64,000 nt of DNA. It comes from Alphaproteobacteria bacterium (GTDB lineage: Bacteria > Pseudomonadota > Alphaproteobacteria > GCA-2731375). The translations under genes and the position numbers were made by a program. The notes under the pieces were generated by a model. That model worked only from the letters and a program-made list of their open reading frames with translations, was not told the DNA's origin and made no database searches. Below, one piece after another: positions 1 to 9,857 of this stretch. Within the stretch, counting starts at the first letter, position 1, and the number at the start of each line of letters is the position of its first letter. Location: assembly GCA_965232515.1 (NCBI GenBank), contig CBDDPY010000002.1, forward strand, positions 224,001 through 288,000. Reading direction: 5' to 3'.

Positions 1-2
1 TG

Positions 3-368
3 TTGAAGTCGGGCACCATCGCCGCCGCCGTGATGGGCGATCCCAACGCCTCGATCCCGACGCCGCAGCCCGAGCACTACCGGCCCATGTTCGGCGCCTT
101 CGGCCGGTCGCTGACCGCGAGTTCGGTGACGTTCGTGAGCCAGGCCGGCGCCGACGGCGACCTCGCCGGCCGTCTCGGCCTCGCCAAGGAACTGGTGCCG
201 GTCAAGAACACCCGTGGCGGCATCGGCAAGAGCGCCATGCTGCTGAACGATCTGACACCCGACATGGACGTCGATCCCGAGACCTACGAGGTCAAGGCGA
301 ACGGCGCGCTACTGACCTGCGAGCCGGCCGAGGTGCTGTCGATGGCGCAGCGCTATTTCCTGTTCTGA
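3..368 (+). CDS. ureC: Urease alpha subunit, C-terminal part (runs off the window start)
   Basis: [21 protein letters not shown] and terminal MAQRYFLF are typical of the UreC C-terminus; followed by ureE/F/G. Confidence 0.97.
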   Translation: MKSGTIAAAVMGDPNASIPTPQPEHYRPMFGAFGRSLTASSVTFVSQAGADGDLAGRLGLAKELVPVKNTRGGIGKSAMLLNDLTPDMDVDPETYEVKANGALLTCEPAEVLSMAQRYFLF

Positions 369-373
369 CCGCC

Positions 374-838
374 ATGCAACACGCCGTCCGACATCACGCC
401 AAGGGCCACTGGCCGGCGGACGCGGCCGCGGACTCGCTGACGCTCAGCTACGACGACCGGCACCGCCGTCGCATTCGCCTGACGACGGATGCGGGCGCCG
501 ACGTCCTGCTCGACCTGCCCAAGGCGGTTCCCATCGCCGACGGCGACGGGTTGGCGCTGGCGGACGGCGGCTGGCTCGCCGTGCGGGCGGCGCCCGAGCC
601 GCTGATCGAGATCACCTGTGCGACGCCGCACGAGCTCGCCCGCGTCGCCTGGCATCTCGGCAACCGGCATCTGCCGGCCGAGGTCCGGGCCGAAAGCATT
701 CGCATCCGGCCCGATCATGTGATTGTCGAAATGCTGAACGGCCTCGGCGCCGCGACGCGTGAGATCGAAGCGCCGTTTCAGCCGGAGGGTGGCGCCTACG
801 ATCACCACCATCACCACGATGAGGTGGGGCATGGATAG
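374..838 (+). CDS. ureE: Urease accessory Ni chaperone UreE
   Basis: AWHLGNRH motif, PFQPEGGAY, His-rich tail HHHHH. Confidence 0.96.
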   Translation: MQHAVRHHAKGHWPADAAADSLTLSYDDRHRRRIRLTTDAGADVLLDLPKAVPIADGDGLALADGGWLAVRAAPEPLIEITCATPHELARVAWHLGNRHLPAEVRAESIRIRPDHVIVEMLNGLGAATREIEAPFQPEGGAYDHHHHHDEVGHG

Positions 839-1508
839 CCGGGCGCTGTTGCGGCTGCACAGCTGGCTGTCGCCATCGTTTCCGGTCGGCGCCTTCAGCT
901 ATTCGCACGGCCTTGAATTCGCCGTCGAGGACGGCCTGGTGCGCGACGCCGGCACGCTTGCCGACTGGCTGTCGGCGATCCTGCAGTTCGGCAACGGCCG
1001 CAACGAGGCGATTTTCTTTGCCGCCGCCTGGCGCGCCGACGGTGCCGACCGCTTGGCGATCGCGGAGCTGGCGGCGGCGCATCGCGGCACATCGGAACTG
1101 AACCTGGAAAGCACCGCGCAAGGCGAAGCCTTCCTGAAGACCGTGCGGGCAGCCTGGCCGCATCGAGCGCTCGACGACTGGGCGGCGGAACTGTCGGTGG
1201 TTGGCATCGCCCCCGTCATGCCCGTCGCCGTTGCCGTCGTCGCATCGGTGCACGGCGTCGATCTGCGGGCGGCCCTGACCCTCCACCTGCAAGCCTTCGC
1301 TGCCAACCTGGTCTCGGCGGCGGTGCGCCTGATCCCGCTCGGCCAGACCGACGGCCAGCGCGTCTGCGCCCGGCTCGAACCTGTTCTCATCGACTGCGTC
1401 GACGCCGCCTTGGCGGCCGAGCTCGATGACATCGGCACGGCAACGCCGGTTGTCGACTGGACGTCGATGCGACACGAAACCCAGCATACGAGGCTATTTC
1501 GGTCATGA
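831..1508 (+). CDS. ureF: Urease accessory protein UreF
   Basis: [16 protein letters not shown] at the N-terminus, [11 protein letters not shown] at the C-terminus; ATG at 831 overlaps the ureE end. Confidence 0.96.
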   Translation: MDSRALLRLHSWLSPSFPVGAFSYSHGLEFAVEDGLVRDAGTLADWLSAILQFGNGRNEAIFFAAAWRADGADRLAIAELAAAHRGTSELNLESTAQGEAFLKTVRAAWPHRALDDWAAELSVVGIAPVMPVAVAVVASVHGVDLRAALTLHLQAFAANLVSAAVRLIPLGQTDGQRVCARLEPVLIDCVDAALAAELDDIGTATPVVDWTSMRHETQHTRLFRS

Positions 1509-2146
1509 CGGCAGCGGAACAGATTTACTCCCATCACGGCCCGCTCCGGGTCGGTATCGGCGGCCCGGTCGGCTCGGGCAAGACGGCGCTGGTCGAGGTG
1601 CTGTGCAAGCACTTGCGCGAGGACTACGACATCTTTGTCATCACCAACGACATCTACACCCGCGAGGACCAGATGATCCTGACGCGGGCCGGCGCGCTGC
1701 CGCCCGAGCGCATCGAGGGCGTCGAGACCGGCGGCTGTCCGCACACCGCGATCCGCGAGGACGCCTCGATCAACCTCTCGGCCTTCGATCGCATGACCGG
1801 GCTGTTCCCGCAGGCCGAAATCTGCTTCATCGAATCCGGCGGCGACAACCTTGCGGCCACGTTCAGCCCGGAGCTCGCCGACCTGACGATCTACGTCATC
1901 GACGTGTCGGCGGGCGACAAGATCCCGCGTAAGGGCGGACCCGGCATCACCCGCTCCGATTTGCTGGTCATCAACAAAATCGACCTGGCGCCGCATGTCG
2001 GCGCCGATCTCGAGATCATGCGCCGCGACGCCACGAAAATGCGCGGCGAACGACCCTTCGTCATGAGCAATCTCAAGGCTGGCGTTGGCGTTCAGGACAT
2101 CGCAGACTTTATCGTCAGACAGGGCGGACTGGAGCGGTCGGCATGA
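1505..2146 (+). CDS. ureG: Urease accessory GTPase UreG
   Basis: [10 protein letters not shown]-loop, GGCPH, ESGGDNL, INKIDL. Confidence 0.98.
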   Translation: MTAAEQIYSHHGPLRVGIGGPVGSGKTALVEVLCKHLREDYDIFVITNDIYTREDQMILTRAGALPPERIEGVETGGCPHTAIREDASINLSAFDRMTGLFPQAEICFIESGGDNLAATFSPELADLTIYVIDVSAGDKIPRKGGPGITRSDLLVINKIDLAPHVGADLEIMRRDATKMRGERPFVMSNLKAGVGVQDIADFIVRQGGLERSA

Positions 2147-3615
2147 CGGATTTCGACGATGAGTTCGATGATGATGTCGCCTACGACCTGGTGATCCGCG
2201 GCGGCCGGGTGGCGACGGCGTCGGATGTGATCGATTGCGATATCGGCGTGCGCGACGGCCGTATCGTGGCGCTGGCCGAGCATCTCGATCTGGGCACGCG
2301 CGAGATCGACGCCAACGACCGCTACGTTACCCCCGGCGGCGTCGATGGCCATTGCCATCTTGACCAGCCCACGACCGACGGCAGCGTCAGCGCCGATGAT
2401 TTCGAATCCGGCACGATCTCGGCGGCCTGCGGCGGCACCACCACGGTGATTCCTTTCGCGGTCCAGCAGGCCGGCATGACGCTGCGCGAGGCCGTGCAGG
2501 ACTATCACAACAGGGCGGAGGGCAAGGCCGTTGTCGACTATGCCTTCCACCTGATCATCAACGATCCTTCGGAACAGGTGCTGGGCCAGGAGCTGCCGGC
2601 GCTGATCAAGGACGGCTACACGTTGTTCAAGATCTACATGACCTATGACGACATGAAGCTGAACGACCATCAGATCCTAGACGTGATGGCCGTGGCCCGG
2701 CGCGAAGGGGCCATGTGCATGGTGCACGCCGAAAACGCGGATTGCATTACCTGGCTGACGGACAAGCTGGAACGCGCCGGCATGACGCAGCCCGAGCACC
2801 ACGCCACCTCGCGGCCCGCGCCGGTCGAGCGCGAGGCGACGCATCGCGCCATCACGCTGTCCGAGCTGATGGACACGCCGATCTTGATCGTGCACGTGTC
2901 GTCGGGCGAGGCCGTCGAGCAGATCCGCTGGGGGCAGGGTCGGGGCTTGAAGATCTTTGGCGAGACCTGCCCGCAATATCTGTTCCTGACCGAGGACGAT
3001 CTGCGCAAGCCGGGCTTCGAGGGCGCGAAATGCCTGTGCAGCCCGCCGCCGCGCGACAAGGAGAGCCAGGAGGCGATCTGGGACGCGCTGGTCAACGGCA
3101 CGTTCCAGGTGTTTTCCTCCGACCACGCGCCGACGCGCTTCGACGACCCGAAGGGCAAGAAGATCCGCGGCGAGGACGCCTCGTTCCGGTACGTGCCGAA
3201 CGGCGTGCCCGGCATCGAGACCCGCATGCCGCTGTTGTTTTCGGAAGGCGTGCTCAAGGGCCGCATCGACATCAATCAGTTCGTGGCGCTGACGTCGACC
3301 AACGTCGCCAAGATGTACGGCTTGCATCCGCGCAAGGGCACGATCGCCGTGGGAGCCGACGCCGATTTGGTGGTCTGGGATACCGGCGCGCCGTTCCGCC
3401 TCGACAACGCGCGTCTGCACCACAATGTCGACTACACGCCCTATGAAGGCATGGAGCTGACGGCTTGGCCGGGCGTGACGGTGTCGCGTGGCGAGGTGGT
3501 GTGGTCTGACGGCGCGCCGGCGGGCGTGCCGGGCCACGGTCGCTTCCTGGCCTGCGACACGCCGGATGCGGCGAAACCGAAGGAGCGTTTCGTCAGCGCT
3601 TTCCGGCCGACTTAA
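2143..3615 (+). CDS. hydA: Dihydropyrimidinase / D-hydantoinase (cyclic amidohydrolase)
   Basis: [16 protein letters not shown] (carbamylated Lys), [28 protein letters not shown]; ATGA overlap with the ureG stop. Confidence 0.92.
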   Translation: MTDFDDEFDDDVAYDLVIRGGRVATASDVIDCDIGVRDGRIVALAEHLDLGTREIDANDRYVTPGGVDGHCHLDQPTTDGSVSADDFESGTISAACGGTTTVIPFAVQQAGMTLREAVQDYHNRAEGKAVVDYAFHLIINDPSEQVLGQELPALIKDGYTLFKIYMTYDDMKLNDHQILDVMAVARREGAMCMVHAENADCITWLTDKLERAGMTQPEHHATSRPAPVEREATHRAITLSELMDTPILIVHVSSGEAVEQIRWGQGRGLKIFGETCPQYLFLTEDDLRKPGFEGAKCLCSPPPRDKESQEAIWDALVNGTFQVFSSDHAPTRFDDPKGKKIRGEDASFRYVPNGVPGIETRMPLLFSEGVLKGRIDINQFVALTSTNVAKMYGLHPRKGTIAVGADADLVVWDTGAPFRLDNARLHHNVDYTPYEGMELTAWPGVTVSRGEVVWSDGAPAGVPGHGRFLACDTPDAAKPKERFVSAFRPT

Positions 3616-4571
3616 GTACTTGCGGTTCGGGCGCGGATCGCCGACAGACTGCCGCCGCGCATGAGCTTGCCCGGCAGGGGATGACCGACGATCTCCTCGG
3701 CCATGCGGGCGCAGTCGATCAGCGCGTCGAGATCGACGCCGGTCTCGATGCCCATCTCCTCGCACAGGAAGACCAGGTCTTCGGTGCAGATGTTGCCGGC
3801 CGCGCCCTTGTGCCCGGCGAACGGACAGCCGCCGAGGCCGGCGCACGAACTGTCGAACCGCGTTACCCCCAGCCGCAGGCCGGCATAGGCGTTCGCCAGG
3901 CCGGCGCCGCGCGTGTCGTGCAGATGCAGCGCGATCTCAAGATCCGGCCAACGCGCGCGCACCGCGCCGATGACGCGTTCGACCGCGACCGGTGTGGCCC
4001 AGCCGACGGTGTCGGCGAACGACACGCCCTTCAACGTTACGCTGGCTTCGTCGGCCAAATCCATGATCGTCGCGACGGTTTCGACAACGCGTGACGGCGG
4101 CACCGTGCCCTCGAAGTTGCAGCCGAAGGCGGTCATCACCGAACCCCATTCGACGGCGATGCCGGCGTCGCGATAGGCGGCGAGCCAGCGCTGCTGCTCC
4201 GCGATGGTTTCGGCCGTGTTCCTGTTCGAATTGCGGACCGAGAACGTCTCGGACGCGCTCATCAGGATCCGACCTTTCAGATCCAACGGCGTTGCCTGCG
4301 CCCGTTCCAGGCCTTTCAGGTTCAGCCACAGCCCCGTGTATTGCACGCCCGTCTTGCGCCGTATGCTGTTCGCGACGTCTTCGGCGTCGGCCATGCCGGG
4401 CACGCGCCGCGGATTGACGAACGACACGCACTGCACCTTCGGCAGGCCGGTCTCGGCCAGCGCCTCGATGAAGCGGATCTTGTCGGCCGTGGCGATCGGG
4501 CCGGGCTCGATCTGGAACCCTTCCCGCGGTCCTTCCTCCTGGATTTCAACGCGTTTCGGCAAGTCGGTCAT
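3612..4571 (-). CDS. HMG-CoA lyase-like DRE-TIM metallolyase
   Basis: EEGPREGFQ, ADTVG, LHLHDTRG, GLGGCPFA, GNICTED. Confidence 0.85.
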   Translation of the reverse strand: MTDLPKRVEIQEEGPREGFQIEPGPIATADKIRFIEALAETGLPKVQCVSFVNPRRVPGMADAEDVANSIRRKTGVQYTGLWLNLKGLERAQATPLDLKGRILMSASETFSVRNSNRNTAETIAEQQRWLAAYRDAGIAVEWGSVMTAFGCNFEGTVPPSRVVETVATIMDLADEASVTLKGVSFADTVGWATPVAVERVIGAVRARWPDLEIALHLHDTRGAGLANAYAGLRLGVTRFDSSCAGLGGCPFAGHKGAAGNICTEDLVFLCEEMGIETGVDLDALIDCARMAEEIVGHPLPGKLMRGGSLSAIRARTAST

Positions 4572-4601
4572 GGAAGGTCCACCCCGAGTTCCTGTTGCCG
4601 T

Positions 4602-5228
4602 CTAGGCCCGCTGCGGCACGCGCCGACGAGTCGAGGCGCGCGCGCCGCCCAACATGTCGAACACCATGCCGGTATAGATCTCGGTCAACGATTGCAGCGA
4701 ATGACGCCCCTTCGAGCGATACCACACGCTCGGGCCTGCCAGCATGGCGATAGTGGCGGCCGTCGCGACGCCGGGATCGTCCATCCGAAAAACGCCCTTG
4801 GCGATGCCGTCGTCGATGATCTCGCGCAGGCAGCTTTGGTATTTGTCGCGCAGCGCGACCACGGCTTTATAGTGCTTCGGGCTCAGGCTGCGCAGTTCCA
4901 TGTTGCTGATGAAGACCTCCTTCGGCCGCCGCGTGTGGAACTCGATGTGTTGGGCGATGAAGGCCCGCAGCCGCTCGTCTGGGTCGTCGATGCCTTCCAG
5001 GCGGGCCCTGAGTTCGGTCAGCGACTCCTCGGTGATCTCCTTCAGCAACTGATAGAGAAAGCTCTGCTTGCTCTGGATGTAGTTGTAGAGCGAGCCGGCC
5101 TGAATGCCGACTTCCTTCGCCAGCAGCCGCAGGCTCATGGCCTCGTAACCGTGCTCGTAGATCAGCTTCACGGCGCTCTGGCGGATGGCCTGGAGCGTGT
5201 CGTTGCGGTTCGATCCGACCGTGCGCAT
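4602..5228 (-). CDS. TetR/AcrR family transcriptional regulator
   Basis: N-terminal HTH GYEAMSLRLLAKEVGIQAGSLYNY. Confidence 0.92.
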   Translation of the reverse strand: MRTVGSNRNDTLQAIRQSAVKLIYEHGYEAMSLRLLAKEVGIQAGSLYNYIQSKQSFLYQLLKEITEESLTELRARLEGIDDPDERLRAFIAQHIEFHTRRPKEVFISNMELRSLSPKHYKAVVALRDKYQSCLREIIDDGIAKGVFRMDDPGVATAATIAMLAGPSVWYRSKGRHSLQSLTEIYTGMVFDMLGGARASTRRRVPQRA

Positions 5229-5237
5229 GTCGTTGTC

Positions 5238-5996
5238 CTAAAGCGTGAGGTAGCCGCCGTCGACCGGCAGGATGGCGCCGGTGACATAGCTCGCGAGATC
5301 GCTCGCAAGAAATACGGCCGGGCCTGCCAGCTCGGATGGATCGCCGACCCGGTTCATCGGCACATGCTCGAGATATTTCGCCAGCGCTTCGGGATCGGCG
5401 CGTGTGGTCGCGGTCATCGGTGTCGCGATGATGCCCGGCGCGATCGCGTTTACCCGAACGCCAAGCGGCGCCAGCTCGCTTGCGAGCGACCGGGTGAATT
5501 GCGCGATCGCGCCTTTCGATACCGAGTATTCGGCCGAGCCCGGCGGCGCCACGTAGGACCGGATCGACGCAATGTTGATGATCGTGCCCTTGCTTGCCTT
5601 CAGCGCGTCCAGCATCGCCATGGTGACGTTGTAGGTGCCGTCCACGTTGACGCTCAACGTCCGCCGCCAGGCGTCGCGATGATCCGCGTCGGACAGGTGA
5701 CCACGGATCAGAATTCCGGCGTTGTTCACCAGGATCGAGATGTCGCCGATTTCGTCCCGGACCGTCGCCGCCAGTTCGGCGCAGGCGTCGGCGGCGGTGA
5801 CATCGAGGCCATAGCTCCAGGCCTGCCCGTCAACGGCGGTGATCGCCTCGGCGGATTCGGCCGCGGTCTCGGCGTTGATGTCGGTGACGATCACGCGCGC
5901 CCCGGCCTCGGCGAGGCCGATCGCGATCGCCCGGCCATTGCCCTGGCCGGCGCCGGTTACCAGCGCCAGACGCCCGTCCAACAATTGCGTGGCCAA
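5238..5996 (-). CDS. Short-chain dehydrogenase/reductase (SDR)
   Basis: TGAGQGNG, NNAG, YSVSK, VNAIAPG; start placed at TTG 5996 behind an AGGGGG RBS rather than at the ORF-track start 6500. Confidence 0.9.
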   Translation of the reverse strand: MATQLLDGRLALVTGAGQGNGRAIAIGLAEAGARVIVTDINAETAAESAEAITAVDGQAWSYGLDVTAADACAELAATVRDEIGDISILVNNAGILIRGHLSDADHRDAWRRTLSVNVDGTYNVTMAMLDALKASKGTIINIASIRSYVAPPGSAEYSVSKGAIAQFTRSLASELAPLGVRVNAIAPGIIATPMTATTRADPEALAKYLEHVPMNRVGDPSELAGPAVFLASDLASYVTGAILPVDGGYLTL

Positions 5997-6042
5997 AACC
6001 AATCCCCCTTGCCGGTCATTCGACCGCCGGTAGCTGAAATAT

Positions 6043-6059
6043 ACAAACGTTAGTTTTGT
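6043..6059. promoter_or_regulatory. Imperfect palindrome ACAAACGTTAGTTTTGT, candidate TetR operator
   Basis: AT-rich inverted repeat about 50 bp upstream of the SDR-tetR-lyase operon. Confidence 0.45.
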
Positions 6060-6200
6060 TAGCCTGTGATCGGCAAAAACACAAGCAGACGAGGGAGGCG
6101 ACTGCATCATACCGGTTGACGGCCGCCTGTGCCACAATCCCCGATGGCGCGATGACGACGGCAGGCGCTGTCTGTCCCGCAACGCGGAATTGACACAGTC

Positions 6201-7118
6201 ATGGCCGACAGATTGGTCACGGTGTTCGGCGGTTCCGGCTACCTCGGCAGCCGGATCGCCCGGCGGCTGGCAGAGGACGGCGCGACCGTGCGCGCGGTAT
6301 GTCGCCGACCCGACAATGTGGCATTGGCGCCGCGCAATGCCGGGGACGGCGAAATCGTGCCGTTCTACGCAGACGTCCGTGACGAGACGACCGTGTCGGC
6401 GGCGGTCGCGGGGGTGGACGCGGTCGTCAACGCGGTTGGACTTTACGTCGAGCAAAGCGCCGAGACCTTCGATGCCGTCCACGTGCAGGGGGCGCTTCAC
6501 GTCGCGCGGTCATCGGCACAGGCCGGCGTGGGCCGCCTCGTGCATATCTCCGGCATCGGCGTCGACGAGGCGTCATCGTCGCCATACCTCCGCGCGCGGG
6601 CCGTGGGCGAGGCTGTGGTATGGGATGTGTTCCGCAAGGCAACGATATTGCGGCCCAGCGCCGTATTCGGGCCGGACGATGCCTTCTTGAGCGCGCTTAT
6701 CGGAATCGTAATGTCGCTGCCGGTCGTGCCATTGTTCGGACGAGGCGACACGTTCCTGCAACCGGTCTATGTCGGTGATGTCGCCGCCGCCGTCGCGGCC
6801 GTCCTCGATAGACCGGAGACGCAGGCCGAGGTCTTCGAACTCGGTGGTCCGGAGGTCTTCCGCTATCGAGAGCTGGTCGAGTTGGTGTCGGCGCAGCTTC
6901 GGCGCCGGCGGGTCCTGCTCCCGCTACCATTCTGGATATGGAATTTCCTGACGCGCCTGCTGGCGATCCTGCCCAGTCCGCCGCTGACCCGCGATCAGGT
7001 CGCCCTGATGCGGCGGGACAACGTGGTTGGCCCGTCGATGCCCAACCTTCGCGATCTCGGTGTCAGTCCGACCGCCATACAGTCGATATTGACCGAGCTG
7101 GCTAAAAGAACGTCTTGA
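6201..7118 (+). CDS. Complex I NDUFA9-like atypical SDR (NAD-dependent epimerase family)
   Basis: VFGGSGYLG, TILRPSAVFGPDD, QPVYVGDVA, FELGGPE. Confidence 0.88.
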   Translation: MADRLVTVFGGSGYLGSRIARRLAEDGATVRAVCRRPDNVALAPRNAGDGEIVPFYADVRDETTVSAAVAGVDAVVNAVGLYVEQSAETFDAVHVQGALHVARSSAQAGVGRLVHISGIGVDEASSSPYLRARAVGEAVVWDVFRKATILRPSAVFGPDDAFLSALIGIVMSLPVVPLFGRGDTFLQPVYVGDVAAAVAAVLDRPETQAEVFELGGPEVFRYRELVELVSAQLRRRRVLLPLPFWIWNFLTRLLAILPSPPLTRDQVALMRRDNVVGPSMPNLRDLGVSPTAIQSILTELAKRTS

Positions 7119-8403
7119 TTGCCGCGACCACGTTGTAGTCGTCGTCGACCACGGCGATCACATCCCATTTGTCGAACGTGGTGCAGGGGTGCGAGATGCC
7201 GAATCCGACCATGTCGCCGACCCGATAGGGCGCATCGTCCGGCACCGTCATGTGCGCGTGCTGGTCGTTCATGCCGACGACGGTCGCGCCGGCGGGCGCC
7301 GCGACCGGGCGGTCGTGCTCGCCCGGCCGATACCAGAACAGCGGCACCGGCTGGCCCGCATCCTCCGAGGCGTCGCGCTTGCCCATGGTCAGGATCGCCT
7401 TGCCCGCTTCCGGCCGTGACTGCACGTAGGCCCAGACCTCCAGCGCCGCCTGCAGGCCTTCGCCGAGCTGTGCCGCCTCGGGTGCGCGCTGCTTCAGGTC
7501 CTCGAAGAAATTGCGGTACATGGCCGAGTCGTGCGTTAGGTAGCAGCCGCTGCGGGTCAGCACCAGGGTCTCGCGCGACAGGCCGGCGGCGTTGAAACGC
7601 CCGATCACCAGATCGTAGAAAGCCGAGCCGCCGGCCGACAGGATCACCGGGCCGTCGGCATAGAGCGCTTCACGGTCGCATGCGCGGGCGATCTCGACCA
7701 GGAAGTCGAGGAAGCCGCCCACCGCGTCGGCCTGGGTCTCGTGCGGCTGCGCCATGATCAGGCCCTCGAAGCCCTCGACGCCGCGCAGCGCCAGATGCGG
7801 TGCCGCGGCGTGGACCGCGCGCGCGGTGGCCATGGCGGCGTCGAGATCGCGCGCGCCGGTGCGGCCGCCCGGCATGCCGCCTTCCAGCAGCACCTGCAGC
7901 GGACGGTCGAGCCCGTGCGCCGCGGCCGCCCGGTGCAGCAGTTCGACGCCGGCCTCGGAGTCCACGAGACAATAGAAATCGAAATCCGGATCGGCCTGCA
8001 ATTCGTCCAGCACGTATCGGATCGCCTGCCGGCCGATCAGCTGGTTCGCAAGCACGATGCGCTTGACGCCGTGGCGCCGCGCCACCTCGATCTGCTGCGC
8101 CGTTGCCACCGTCATCGCCCAGGCGCCATCGTCGAGCTGGCGCTGGAACAGCTGCGGGCTCATGGTGGTCTTGCCGTGCGGCGCGATGCGCACACCCGAC
8201 AGGTCGAGATAGCGCTGCATCCAATGGCTGTTGTGGTCCAGCGCCGAGCGCTTCAGGACCGCCAGCGGCAGCGGCAGGTCCTCGCGCAAGAGATTCCAGT
8301 TCTGCGCACCGATGTCCGCCAGCCGGAACGGCGCCGTTCCGCCCGGCACGCCCTTGGTCAAGCCATCCAGACTGAAGGCGTTAATGTCGTCGAGGCCGGT
8401 CAT
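7102..8403 (-). CDS. PLP-dependent amino acid deaminase (alanine-racemase fold, D-serine dehydratase/DSD1-like)
   Basis: APHGKTTMSPQL (PLP Lys), GGRTGAR, RSGCYLTHD, GISHPCTTFDKW. Confidence 0.85.
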   Translation of the reverse strand: MTGLDDINAFSLDGLTKGVPGGTAPFRLADIGAQNWNLLREDLPLPLAVLKRSALDHNSHWMQRYLDLSGVRIAPHGKTTMSPQLFQRQLDDGAWAMTVATAQQIEVARRHGVKRIVLANQLIGRQAIRYVLDELQADPDFDFYCLVDSEAGVELLHRAAAAHGLDRPLQVLLEGGMPGGRTGARDLDAAMATARAVHAAAPHLALRGVEGFEGLIMAQPHETQADAVGGFLDFLVEIARACDREALYADGPVILSAGGSAFYDLVIGRFNAAGLSRETLVLTRSGCYLTHDSAMYRNFFEDLKQRAPEAAQLGEGLQAALEVWAYVQSRPEAGKAILTMGKRDASEDAGQPVPLFWYRPGEHDRPVAAPAGATVVGMNDQHAHMTVPDDAPYRVGDMVGFGISHPCTTFDKWDVIAVVDDDYNVVAAIKTFF

Positions 8404-9569
8404 TCCGCTGCCATCCCCGGCTCGGCATCCGCGTTGCCGTCGTGCCACCAACGACCGCCCAGCACCATGCCGGCGCAGGCGATCTTCTGGCTTCCGGTCC
8501 TGATGTTGCCGCGCGCGTCCTCGTAGTCGAAGCGGCCGTCCTGGATATCCAGCACCGTGGCGTCGCCCGGCAGGCCTGGCGACAATCGTCCCAGATCCTC
8601 GCGGCGTACGGCATCGGCCGGGTTCATGGTCGTCGCCCGCACGATGTCGGCAAGCGGCATGCCGAGATGCAGGAACTTCGACATGGTGTCGAGGATGTTA
8701 TAGGCCGGTCCGTCGATGCTGAGCGTATGCACGTCGCTTGAGATGCAGTCCGGCTGGAAGCCGCCGGCCAGCATGCCCTCCGCGGTCTCGAAGCCGAACG
8801 ATCCCTTGCCGTGGCCGATATCGAAGATCACGCCGCGCTCGCGCGCCGCCAGGGTTTCCTCGCGCGGCGCGCGGTCCGGTCCGACCGGGGCGTTCGGGAA
8901 CGGCCGGAAACAATGGGTCAGGATGTCGCCGCGGCGCAGGCGGCTCAACACCTCCATGCGGCTGGGCGGCGGATAGTCGAGGTGCGCCATCACCGGCAGG
9001 CCCAGCTCCTCGGCCACTTCGATGGCGATGTCGAGCGGCATGGCGCCGTTGCTGCCGCTGGCGGTCTGACCCACGCGGACCTTCACGCCGACGATAAGGT
9101 CGGCGTGCTCGCTGGCGACCCGCAGGCATTCCGGCGCGTTCAGCAGCCGGATGTCGACGCACTCGCCAATCATCACCTGGGCGCTGAAGGCGAAGATGCC
9201 GGGGAAGGCGACGTTGATGTAGGCCAGCACGCGGGTCTCGGCCGGCTCGATGATGTGACGGCGAAAGCCCGGGAAGTTGGCCGGCCCGGCCGTGCCGGCG
9301 TCGATCAGCGTGGTCGTGCCACCCAGGCGGCCGACCTCGTCTGGATCGACGCCGATCGAGGTGCCGCCCCAATAGACGTGCGTGTGCAGGTCGATCAGCC
9401 CCGGCGTGACGATGCGGCCACTGACGTCCCGGACTTCGGCGGCTTCGCTGGCATCGAGATCGGCCTCGCGCGTCGCCACGTTGCCGTCCTTGAAAGCGAC
9501 GTCGGCAACGCCGTCGAATCCGCTGGCCGGGTCGATCACGCGCCCGCCCTTCAGCACCAGGTCATACAT
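8400..9569 (-). CDS. Amidohydrolase/deacetylase family metallohydrolase (dihydroorotase-like)
   Basis: PGLIDLHTHVY, DAGTAG, GVKVR, THCF, DIGHGKGSF, ISSDVH. Confidence 0.88.
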   Translation of the reverse strand: MYDLVLKGGRVIDPASGFDGVADVAFKDGNVATREADLDASEAAEVRDVSGRIVTPGLIDLHTHVYWGGTSIGVDPDEVGRLGGTTTLIDAGTAGPANFPGFRRHIIEPAETRVLAYINVAFPGIFAFSAQVMIGECVDIRLLNAPECLRVASEHADLIVGVKVRVGQTASGSNGAMPLDIAIEVAEELGLPVMAHLDYPPPSRMEVLSRLRRGDILTHCFRPFPNAPVGPDRAPREETLAARERGVIFDIGHGKGSFGFETAEGMLAGGFQPDCISSDVHTLSIDGPAYNILDTMSKFLHLGMPLADIVRATTMNPADAVRREDLGRLSPGLPGDATVLDIQDGRFDYEDARGNIRTGSQKIACAGMVLGGRWWHDGNADAEPGMAAE

Positions 9570-9657
9570 GGCCGATTTCCTCCCCGCCTCGCGTCCAAGC
9601 CCGACCATAGTACCCCGCCAGCGACGGCGGCAAGGTCCGGTCGCGCCCGTATTCCAC

Positions 9658-9694
9658 TGCCTAAGCCTTGCTCATAGTGTCCGCGGCATGGGCA
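9658..9694 (+). promoter_or_regulatory. Two degenerate NtrC-like 17-bp sites spaced 20 bp apart
   Basis: TGCCT-N7-GCTCA (9658-9674) and TGTCC-N7-GGGCA (9678-9694), about 100 bp upstream of a sigma54-like promoter. Confidence 0.4.
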
Positions 9695-9789
9695 GGCTTT
9701 CGGGCGGTCCTGATCCGGTCGGCAAACGGACAACCGTTCGTTTGTTTGGAAAAGCAGGAATGCTGGCGCTTGCGGCGGCGGGGCAAAGC

Positions 9790-9805
9790 TGGCACGCTCC
9801 TTGAA
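9790..9805 (+). promoter_or_regulatory. Sigma54 (-24/-12)-like promoter
   Basis: TGGCACG-CTCC-TTGAA (GA instead of GC at -12), about 50 bp upstream of the ABC binding-protein gene. Confidence 0.55.
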
Positions 9806-9857
9806 CACGACCGGGCAAGATTCAAAACAAATCCGCCACCAACAGGGGAGCGATCCA

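Noticed and set aside
5997-6500. Long N-terminal extension of the SDR in the ORF track
   Set aside because: It overlaps the divergent NDUFA9-like gene and promoter; SDR homology and the RBS start near 5996.
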